64,000 nucleotides of DNA from Enoplolaimus lenunculus (lineage: Eukaryota): NCBI GenBank assembly GCA_030248215.1, contig JASANG010003810.1, forward strand, positions 248,001-312,000, written 5' to 3'. Within the stretch, counting starts at the first letter, position 1. Each line of letters opens with the position of its first letter. Below the pieces are notes generated by a model. It was not told the DNA's origin, did not search any database, and saw only the letters and a list, made by a program, of their open reading frames with translations. Positions 11,125 to 23,100 of the stretch are shown in pieces. A program made the position numbers and the translations under genes.

Positions 11125-14100
11125 ATGCATTTCCGCTATCAAGAAATTGATCAGGAGTTTTTCACTCCAAGATCTTATCAGGTACATTCTGAAGTTTTCC
11201 GCTGCATGCGTTGTAGAATCATGATGCCATACAGGAGTCGTTTGAACGATGCCGGTTAATTTAAAATTGTTTCAGTGTGCAATACGCTATCATGGATTTG
11301 CTTACAGTAGACTTTTGACTAAAGTTCACCAAAATTATGCGAGAAAACGTAATGTAAGCATGTGATACATGCTTGTCGGAGAGGCGGGCTACGTGGCTCA
11401 GTGGTAATAGCGTCTGCCTGACACGCAGAAGGTCGCTAGTTCGAAACCATCCGTAATCCGCTTTTCTAGCTGCTTAGTGAAAAGGTGTGAAGTCCCGGTT
11501 CCTACCTAGGCTGACATGGGGACTGCGCCGTGAGCGCAATGGTAAATTGCCGCGCTGTGAACACGATATCCAACCGAAAATAGAGTGGACCGTCAAGGCA
11601 AGATCTTGTTGAAAATTGGGGCATGTAAGCATGTCAAACATGCTTGCCGGCTGCATACGGTCGACATATAGTAGACGATAGAAGCAGTTGCAGAGGCTGA
11701 CTACGTGACGTAGTGGTTACAGCGCTTGTCTGACACGCAGAAGGTCTCTCGCTGCTTAGTGAAAAGATGTGAAGTCCCGGCTCCTACCTAGACTGATACG
11801 TGATTCGATGTTTTAAGATCGAACTGGTCGACAAAGCTAAGAAAGAAAACATAATCGTACCTTTGGGAACTGGAACTGGGAAAACATTCATTGCGGTAAT
11901 GCTGATTCGTGAAATGGCGACAGATGTCCGAATACCATTAGACAGTGGTGGTAAACGAACGTTTTTCTTGTGCGTCACAGGTAGAAATAAAACTTTTCGT
12001 CTTTTATGGAATGTATTTGATACACATTTGCATCGTCCAATTTGTTTACTTTGTTTCTGCGCATAAATATATAATATTCACATACCCGGGGCGAGCAATA
12101 CACTCCAACTTCATATGTTTTTGTATTTTTGCGTAAGCTTGTACCTGGTAGTGCGTTACCCTTGTTATCATATCGCGTCATGCGACATTTTGTTTATATA
12201 CTCCCATACTGTGACGCGCGTTTTTCAGTCCCCACTCCAATATTTATAAACTTTCTGTTCCCGTTCTGTTTCTTTGAGCAGATACGCAAATGTAGTTCTG
12301 GTTCCGTTCATGGTACCGTATTGCCCCGACCCCGGGACAACTCTAATATATACGTATATATACATATATACCAGGGTGGAACCGGAATTCCGGTTCCGGC
12401 ATTTTTTCACCTTCCGGTTCCGGTTCCGGTAAATTTTTACCGGATTTAAAAATTCCGGTATTATAATTTGGCCGTTTTCTTAACTTTGCTAATTTTTAAG
12501 AATTTCTTTTGAAAGCCACTTGTACTCCGAATATAAGCCATTGATGGTGGATTTCACTTCAGTCGATGATGAAAATCTAAAATACAACAAATAAAATAAA
12601 TACCTATGTTCGACTAAGGTTATTTCACAAATAATAGAGCAAAAAATAAGATTAAAATGAAATTTTTGGTGAAATGCGTTTTTCACTTTCCGGTTCCGGT
12701 AAAATTTTCAAATTCCGGTTCCGGTTCCGGTAAATTGTAATTCCGGTTGCACCCTGATATATACGTATGTCGTGTATATACACATATATTTCTATGTGTT
12801 GGGTCTTCGTTCAAACTCGATTTGCCTCACTCCAGATCAAGCTCCGTACTTGAAAATTTGCCCCCAGTCAAATATTTTTAGGTTTTTAAAAGTTAACTTT
12901 TTTCACATCAAGTATTCTCGCCTGAAAACTTATTTTGTTGCGACCAGGCAAACATAGGCGACACGTTACGCATAGCGATCGACCGGATATCCGGTTTCAG
13001 TTTGATATCCGGCAAAAATCGACATCCGCATCCGGAATAGGAACCGGAATTTGAGATAATTTTCATCGCCGAATTGCTGTTGAACTTTTTAGAAAATTTT
13101 CCAACAAAAGCCTTAAGCGAATTTTCAGCTATTTCAACATCAAGTTTTGCGAATACACATCACAAATAGTTTATTAACAACCACGCATGTCGAAATAACA
13201 ATTTTTCAGAAGCAAAATTTGCTTGCTATAAAACTTTAAAATTTCCGGTTCGTGCATCTTTGAATACAGAAACGGGAACATGATTTGAATTTTTGAAGGA
13301 ATTCCTTCCGGAACAGCAATTCCGGTAGAAATCCGGTAAAAATAATATTCAGTCAAACCCTGGTTACGTTTTTCATTGCCAGGAAAAGGCAAACTGTTGA
13401 AGTTATATTATGTTTTAGTTCCGTTGGTTAGGCAACAAGCCGAACATATCAGGAAATTCACTGATCTTGAAGTTGGTGAATTTCACGGCAAAATGAATGT
13501 GGATTTGTGGGTAAGGTTCTTTTTATTAATGTATTTCTTTTTAATAGCCTGCGCATGCAGCGATTATGAAATACGCGCGGTAGTCGATGCTAGTAGTATT
13601 AGCACTTTTTATTACAGTGTTTGCATTTGCCTGATTTCCGTGTTTATAGTGAGATATGTGTAATTATTTTTAGGAAAAGAGTCAATGGGAACAAGAGCTG
13701 GCGAAAAACAACGTTCTTGTTATGACTGCGCAAATATTTCTCAATCTTTTGAACCATGGCTACTGGACACTTGAGCGAACAAATTTGCTGGTTTTTGACG
13801 AATGTCATCACGCTAAGAAAAATGACCCATACAAAGAAATTATGACACATTACAGTCAGATGGAACCGAGTAAGTGGTGACTTGTAATTTTGGCGGCACC
13901 AGGTTGTGGGTCGTCTGATGTAAGGGAAGCTTTGTCTTGGTGTCGACGGTGAGAAAAAGTCATTTTTTTTCAAAAATAAATTATTTCAAGGTTTGACCCT
14001 TCTTGCTTTGTAGAAGAAAGAGTTTTGATTTTTGATTTGAGCAGTATTCACATGTGCAAGTTTTGAATTTATATGAATACATTGCAGACGTCTGCAATAC

Positions 14101-17100
14101 ATATCAAGCATAAGCTGTAAGTTATCAGTGCAGCCAATGATAAGGAATTAATTCGACTTGCAAGGCTCTTTATACCTCTTCGTTAATTCATAGCGCGTAC
14201 TAATCATGAAAACCTTGCAGCTGCTAGTTTCACCTGCAAAACACATTAACGCTTGAAGAAATTGTACTCGAAATTTCTAGGCTTGCAAACGCTTTTATAC
14301 CGATACAATTTATCTTTAATGCTTAAAAAAGAAAAACAAGCCCGTCACAATTGCTATTGACTGCAAAATATCAGACAAGTTGGATAGTTGACTTAATTCA
14401 AGACTCTTGAATATATTCATAAAGTGCGACTTAATTCATATGCACGCAAAAGCATGTCTTCCGATTGGCCAAGCAAAATGCAGGTGCAAGTAACTAAAGC
14501 GACTTGCAAGTGTCACACGTGCGAATTAATATTAACAGCAAGAAGCTCATTGAATAATTTGCAGCTGCAAGAAATTCAAAGCTGTTTTGTGACCAAAGTG
14601 GCACATGCAAGTTATGTGCAATTTTTGCTGCATAAACTTGCGCGTGTGAATAGGGCTTTGGAAAGAAAAATGCCATGGGTTGACGGTTTTACGCTAATGA
14701 CCATAGATTTCAGATTTTCGCCCTCGGATTCTTGGTCTGACAGCATCGGTCATCAATGAAAATATTTTACCATCTGAGCTCGAGAATAAAATTCTGCAGC
14801 TGGAACAAATTTTAGACGCCAGAATTGAAACGGCGTCTGATATTGTTATTGTATCTAAATACGGTGCAAAACCTAAGCAGTTAATCGTAGCGTGCAAGGA
14901 TTATGAAGATCCAACTGGACAATCAGCTGCGGTGATTAAAATTCTTGACAAGGTAAGGCTAGTTTAGCTCTTACCATTATATATACTAATATATACCGTT
15001 GGCACGGAGATGGGAAAGATAAAGCTTATTGAAGACATATTTAAAACTATAATGTACTTTATAGCCGAAGTTGGTGCAGTAAGTAAAAATGGTTTGTACA
15101 TACAACTAAACGTTTTGAAGCTTGCATGGTTGCGTTACAAGTAAAGTGAGTGTTACCAGTCGTAGTGGGACTACATTTATTGAGCGAAGCTCGAACACAC
15201 GTAAGCAATTAAGGTAATATGCAAATTAGTTATTAGCTAACTATTCATTTATCGGTTTTGGAGGTTTGTAAGCAATTTCCTCAGATTCCTCGCACCCAAA
15301 AACCCTTCAGCCACCCTATAATTTTTGGAATAATTTAAAAAATCCTAATTTTGTCTTGTCAATTAAGCTAATATGCAAATTTACTATTAGCTAACTATTC
15401 AATTATCGGTTTTGGAGGTTTGTAAACAATTTATTTAGATTCCTCGCACCCAAAAACCTTCAGTGAACCCTAAAAATTATTGAAATAATTTAAAAAGTCC
15501 TAGTTTTGTCTTGTCAATTAAGCTATTATGCAAATTAGTTATTAGCTAACTATTCAATTATCGGTTTTGGATGTTTGTAAACTATTTATTCAAATTCCTT
15601 GCGCCTAAAAATCCTTTAGTGCTGAAATTATATTGCTTTTAACCTTAATAATTAGTCAAACATTGTAACAAGTCCTAATTTAGGCTTATACCCTACTAAT
15701 ATGCAAATTATCTATTAGCTAACTGCTCAATTATCGGTTTTGGAGGTTTGTAAACAGTCTACACAGATTCCTCGCATCCAAAAACCCTTTAATGCTAAAA
15801 TTAGATTGCTTCTAACTGTAATAATTAGTAAAATATTGTGGAAAGTACTAATTTAGGCTTAATTAATTATGCAAAAAGCCTGTAGCTAATAAACGGCTCC
15901 AAATTTTAAAACCCCAATGCGAGGCTAACACCCCAGGATTATTGGCTTTCAAACAAAAAAAGTTTATCAAAATCGGTTCAGCCGTTCCTGAGATTCTTTT
16001 CGGACGGACAGACGGACGGACGGACATCCACCTTTCGACCCGCAAGTACAAAACATAAAACGCTTCGCGAAACTCCGAGCTTCGCTCGGAGTTTCGCTTC
16101 GCGCAATAATTTATGTAGATGTTAGTATAAGTTGTACTTGTCTTAAAATATCCTTGACTGGATAGATTTGCGTAATCCCTCTGACGCAATGCACTGTTCT
16201 GTTTAATGAAATGTTACGGCAGGTCTGCGTCTGCTTCTATGAGCTTGCAGTTATACCGTCAGGTTCTCAGTTTCACGAAGCGAACAAATTTTCATAAAGA
16301 ATTTGATTTGGAGCCTGCAAAAGCGCCATTGGAAGCTTTTTGGCGAACGAAGACAGTCATCGAACAACTGGGACCCTGGGCTGGATGGAAAGTTGCTCAC
16401 GAGCAAGACAAAATGCTGCAAAAGTTGTCGAAATATACAATGACTCCGATGCAGGTGTGTAAATTTATATAGTATTTTAGTCTACTAATGCTTATAATAA
16501 CTGTTTTCTTTCAAAAACATAAGAAATCTGTCGCTTGACTTTTCTGGAACAAAAGGTAGAAACAACTAAATAATCGTACACTTGATTTGTAATATATCTC
16601 CAATAAAATATTTTACGAAACAACATCCTAAGTAAATTTTGCTATTTTTTAGGCTTGTGACAGACATTTCTATCGTAAACCTAACTAGTTGTGCGGCGGA
16701 AACAGCAACGGCATAATGAGCCTTATGTAGCAATAGTAGGATTAGAACGAGAACTAATTTTCAGGGTTGCTGTTTCAGGAAACGTTTGTTAACCTTGGCA
16801 GAACCTATTTGAGAGCTGTTTATCGTATGTTGCACAAGAAAATGTCTAAAATCAAAAGTGTCAAAGATTTGATGGCTGTAACTCCTCCCAAGGTAAGCAT
16901 GTAGGCTTGCTGGGCAAACATGGATACCTACAAAATGTCTGAGCCAGACGCATTACCGAAACTGAATATTAAGTACTGTTTTATTTCTGGTAGATTTTCG
17001 ACAACCGATATCGCATGAATTTGAAGTGAATAGATTTATTTTGCTTTAACAGTAGATCCGTAGCGGTCTAGTGTTTGCTTGATTTTGTGTTGTAGTAACA

Positions 17101-20100
17101 GTGGGCATTTGCGTAAAATGTAATTTTGTTTATAGAACTCACTAATACCAAGAGTTTATGATCACTCTTAGACAAGAGTGTGCAACTACTGGGGTTCTGC
17201 ATGGTGCAAAATGTACCGGCGCGTGTTGTAGTTCTTCGCAACCCCTCCTGATTTAAGTGGTCTAGGTAGACACCACTTGAATTACACAGTAAACATAAGC
17301 TTGAAGAATATAATCGGAGCAACTTGAAATTAAATTGGAAATCAACGGACCACCCTCCCCTAAATAAGGGGGTCGGCCAAAAACGCAACGTGCGCTGGGT
17401 ACATTCGTTTGTACACAGAATGTACCCAGTTGCACACTCTTGTCATTCACTATTGCTAATATTAATGGTAATCTATTGCATGTACACCTTTTATGCCAGC
17501 AAGTAACAACAATAAAAACAGTTCAACGGCATCCTAATGGAAAATAACGACAATCAATTTGAATTTTGTTTTTCTTTTGTAATTTACTAAATAAAATGAT
17601 GTTTATTTTAGTTTAAAAGACTCTTGGAAATTTTGGCGTTGCACAAACCAGAACCTAAGTCGAAATCGTCTACGTGTATGGCGGTTGATAAAACCAATAG
17701 TTCTGCGCAGCAGTCAACACGGAACCGGATCCGTGGACCTCCGTCACAGTGGGCGGATGAAAATTTTGCTGGAATCATTTTCGTGGAGCAACGTTATGTA
17801 GCGTTTATTTTAACGGTAAGGAATTGCAACTTGAGAGCTTCTATGTTTATATTTTTAAATAAATATAGCACCTCATAAAAGTGATTATGGGGTTTCGAAT
17901 AAACAAAATTTGGTGTTTGTTAATACGCTCACTGTGTTGTGTTTAGCTTTAAAAACTATTGACAGGAAATTTATGTTGAAGTTATTTTAAAATTGTTGAT
18001 AAGTCTTTAGCTGTCATACGGTTTCCTGCTGTATTTGTATACGTATCTATCTCAACTTGTCGAACCCAACTTACGGGATATAGAACCATTGTGGCGAAAT
18101 GTATTGTTGACATGGCTGCGTAGCTAAGTAGTTAAAGCAGTGGAACAGCTTATCGGTAATCCGTGAATCGCAGTTTTGAATACTGGTTTATCTACTACAA
18201 TCATGGTTTAATTTTTTATGAATGGTTCAATAGGAGACTTTACTTTATTAGGTTTATTTACTAAATTAAAGTTTTCTTTTTTTACGCTTACAGGTGTTGC
18301 TCAAGAATATTCGCTTGTGGGACCCAGATAATTATGGATTTCTTAGCGTGGATTTTGTCATTGGCTACACAGGAAGTAGGATTCAACAGGCTGATCAGAC
18401 AGACGAGCAGATGTCGCTCCAAAGACGTCAAGAAGAGGTGTGCAATTTATATAAGCGTGGTGCTTACGAGTAAAAACTTTAAATGAAAAAGTCGTAGAAA
18501 ACAAAGTGATTTAGTTTTTAAAAGTTCAGAAATAGCGTATTGTTGATATTTTGCGATTAATGTCTACAATGCAATTATTGCGGCTTTCGAAATTTGCACA
18601 AAAGTTGTGGCAGTCAACTCAATCTGAAAAATGTGCTCAGTCAGTAATTTCAAAGATTTCATACCTATGGATATATGACTAACGGTGATGATAGGCGCTA
18701 TACACATTTTGAGAATACGAGCACAGTTTCAAGTTTGTCGACCTTAAGCTCTATATTTTCCTATTGTGAATTCGTAAAAGATTGTTAAAGTTGTAAACTT
18801 CAAATAATGTACCAGTATAACAGAGCATAGCGAACAAAGTGCATTTGTAACATTTTAACCATTGTACGTCAGACGGTTTAAGAACATAAAACTTATTTCA
18901 CTCAGCTTCGCAGGATTGTGGCTACCTTGATTTATTATTAGTAGGCGTATTCTCAAAGATGTGTAACACTATCGTCAACTGGTTATAGGTCCTATAAGTT
19001 TTGAACCAAGAAACAGGGTGCTTGAAAACTATTCTGTTTCTTGACCTGATTTAGCCGGAGCAAAATTGCCCATTCACAGCGGTTGTGCTGTTGCCTTGTG
19101 GCGATGCAAAGACGTATTGCTAACAAGACGTAGTTCTTCATGGTTACATTTGAAATTTGGGCATAAAATAGGAATGTTGTTTTCAGGCTTTGCGAAATTT
19201 TCGACAGAAGCATTTGAATTTGCTTGTTGCAACCAGTGTGCTTGAGGAAGGAGTTGATGTCCGTCATTGTAACTGCGTTGTACGCTACGATTTGCCAAAA
19301 ACGTTCACATCATATGTGCAGTCAAAAGGTATTTGCCAAGCTTCCAATAGGAACGGCATTTTACTACAGCAGGAACGGGAACAGGAACGAATTTAGTTTG
19401 AACCGTGATGTTTGCATTGAGATACAACTTGCCACTATAAATGTTCACAATCAGAATCACAAGATTCTGCTATTAAATTGCAGTGTGTGTGTAAGCGGCG
19501 CAAAACACTCTGAAACAGATATATTGCAGTGGCGCATACGTTATATTGGGAATCTGGAAATTCGTATTTCTGATTCCGGTATAAAGTTCCGATCTCGATA
19601 TAAAAAATTCAGTTCCGTTTAACGTTCTGTGCTAAAATGTCCGCGGTACTTGATTATTTCTGTTTCTTTTATTGTTCAATTCAGGCCGCGCCCGGAAAGC
19701 GAACTCGCAGTTTTATTTGCTCACTGAAGAGCGTGAGCTTTCGCTGTTTGAAAGCCGATTCAACAATTACCAGCAGCTTGAAAAGGTTCATTTTGGTTTT
19801 ATTTTAAAAGATAGATTAGTATTGCTTGACCGATTTGCAGTGGAGTTTTCTTGTGATGCCTCAGGATTAAGTCTCTTAATTTTATTACTTGGCTTCCAGT
19901 GAGACTATTAGAGAGTTTAGTCAAGATGCAAATCGACTGCTTTGCGGTGGAAAATAGTGATTTAATATACGTTGATTTTTGTGTGACAGGCAACCACGTA
20001 GTTGGAATGTTCTTGGAGATTTCTGACAAAGCATTTTTTTGAACCGGATTTTCAACTGATTACTTATTGTTTGTATTAACCTCTTTGTTTTAATTTGTTT

Positions 20101-23100
20101 ATTATTTTATAGACGCTTGTGAAGCACTTCAAAAATCGCAATAATCCTGAGCCAGAGGGTGTTCAAGCGCAACACGCGGATCTGATGATTAAGCCGTATT
20201 ATCCGGAAATTCCACCTGATGCTAAAGTGATTGGTAGACCACGTGTCAGTATGTCTAGTGCGATTCCTTTAGTAAACAGGTAAGCATTTTTTGTAGATAT
20301 TCTCAAATGGCTATAGCACCTATTGTCAGCTAGTGATGGTATTTTAACCATATTATATGTGGTGTTGTAGTGCACGATGAGGTGTTTTAGCTGTATACAC
20401 TATGTTTAACTTGTAACAGAACACAAGACATAATCGAACTTGTTATCTTAAAACAAAATAACTTTCTTTGTTTCAAAATTTGTAAATGGGTACTTTTTGC
20501 AAGCAAAAATTAGAAAGGATATATTCACAGCCCCTGAAATTATTTGGTGGTTTGGATACCCTCAAAGCTGTGGAAATTTAATCTGTGTTACGTTGCATCT
20601 CGTTTTCGGCATTGGTATAGTCTCTCCCCACACCTGTGATAATTTGATTCTTATACTACAGTCCTGAAATACAGTATCAAAATTACTTCAGAAAAAAAAT
20701 TTTGTTTTAATAATGAGTTGCTAATGTTTAATTTTTAGTGCCCAGTAGCTCTCCGTCGTGCTTAGGATCCCTTTAAGTTGCGATAGGTTCAGGGGTTCAC
20801 AATGTTCAGTTTTCAGTGTGCAGTAGCTTTCCGTCGTGCTTAAGATCCCTTTAAGTTGCGGTAGGTTCATGTGTCATCAGCCTACTTGTGAATATTACTA
20901 GAAATAGTATATATTTGAGCATTTCATAACTTAAAATACTGCATAAAATCGTTTGTGTGTAATGTATTGCGTTATTTCTGCAATTGAGTACGTTAGGATT
21001 AGCTGCGTAAAGCTAAAATGTGGTTCTGTTATTTCAAGCGAAAAATATACCACAGGATTAAAATGCCGGTAATCAATGGTAATCCGGTTTTCATTTCACT
21101 TATTGTATATCTCTGAAGGTAACACTATATTCACAGTTTTTAATCATAGATATATGATTTGAGCGAAAGGTTTTTCAGCAATCGTGATTTTCTTTACCAT
21201 AGCATTACTTGAGCAACGACCCACATAAAATATAATGAACTATAATTTTTGTTACAGGTACTGTGCTAAGCTTCCCAGTGATATATTCACTCGTCTTACG
21301 CCACATTCCATTATTACAAAAGATCCAGATTTTCCTGGAAACTATATTGCAACTGTATTACTGCCAATAAATTCGCCTGTTAAGTGCGAAATTAAAGTAA
21401 GTTGATAACCAGTTGAACAAGAACAAATTATATTTTTGCGCTTAGCTTGTTTAGACAATGATTTGTTTATTGGATAACCAAAAATGAGGCCTCAATTTTT
21501 AAATATTTATCGAGAATATTATAATAATTTTTTGTTTTATAATATTGTTTTATTTTAAAGTCGTCTGGTTATAAAACTATACGTTTTTATTTGGGTTGCT
21601 TAGCAGAAATTGATCAAGTTAGTGTCAGTGTAGTACGAAATTATCCGGTTTCATAAATTTTATTCTTGAATTGGATTTATTTCGTAGCCGAGTTGCTTAT
21701 TTCAGGGTCTATCGATGCCAAACAAAAAATATGCTCAAATGGCTGCCGCGTTTGAATGTTGCAAAACGTTGCATAAACAGGGTAATTTTGAATTTAGATA
21801 ATACAATGCGGATTTATAAAAGCAATAATAAAATAAACAGTGATAAGGTATATTTTGTAAAGCTGTCAGCTGCAGAACGGAATTGCGTCAGATGTTTAAA
21901 TAATAAGAAAAGTTTAACAAGGTACAAAGCAATGAAAATAGGTTAGTATCACATTTTGAGCCCGGAGACGGGTGTCGGGTTTTCTTTGTATGTTCATCTG
22001 AAATGGAATATCAGCTCGTATTCTGTCTGTTGACGCTTATCAGGGATAGCAGTCTCTATTATCAGCTTGTCGTTGTCATATTTTTTGTGTTTCGGTTGAT
22101 TTCAATAGTCAGGCTAGAACTGTGAAGGCAAACGATGGCCTTTGTCTGAACCTTAACTCTGACGCGTAGCTGCAGTATTCTTTTAAGCTATTGGTTTTGT
22201 TTTGTTTTTGTAGGTGAGTTAGATCACCATTTGTTGCCGATTGGTAAAGAAGCTTTACGGCTTGAGTTGGCTGCTATGGAAGATGACGATGAAGGCGCGT
22301 GGCCTGCGGATGGGAAAGCGAGGCCTGGTTCTACGAAGCGACGCCAGTATTATGATAAGCGAGTAGGTTTTGCAGTGCCTAAATGAAGGTTTTAATATTT
22401 AAAGTTTTATTTTATAAACATGAGTAACATTTCAAAAATGAAATTTTGTTCGTTTTTATATGAAACCTGCGTGCGTCGAACGCCTAGATAAACAAGGGAA
22501 AATGGGTGCAAACTAAGTACAGTATTTTAAACTTTTTGGGAAATATATTATCATGTTAACCAGTTCTTTGTGTATGTGCAAAATGTACGATTGCAGGATG
22601 CAAAACATTTTCCGACCTGCACATGGCATGTGTATAAAAATTGTGACGTGGTGTGCGCAGGTTATTGTAAAATATGCATAAAAGTACGGAATTATTAAAT
22701 TTTGCATTTTTGCAGTATTATTTTCTAGGTCGCGCAATCGCTATCTGACTGTTGTCCGCAACCAAGCAAACAAGCGTACGTTCACGTACTGTCAATGCGT
22801 TTAGCAGAGTCACCAGATATTGTTATCAGCTGTACGAAAAAACGACGTGCAGTTGATCCAGGAAATAGTGAACGGTGCTTTGGATTAATATCAACAAAGC
22901 TTGTGCCTGTTGTAAGTTCAAAAAATATGTAAAAAATATTCAGCAAAAATTTAAGTAAATTAAACTTTACAGAAACGTGCACAGCAAAGATTTTAAAAAA
23001 TAATAGGGCTGATTACTGATTGATACGGCTATTGACGTATTTTATTTAAATTTTTGAGTGTTCAGGTAAAATACCTCCTAAAATGGGCCTGAAGTCATGA

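Noticed and set aside
10531..11459. Functional tRNA gene cluster
   Set aside because: T stems, and most anticodon stems, are broken, and the cassettes sit inside LTRs with TSDs.
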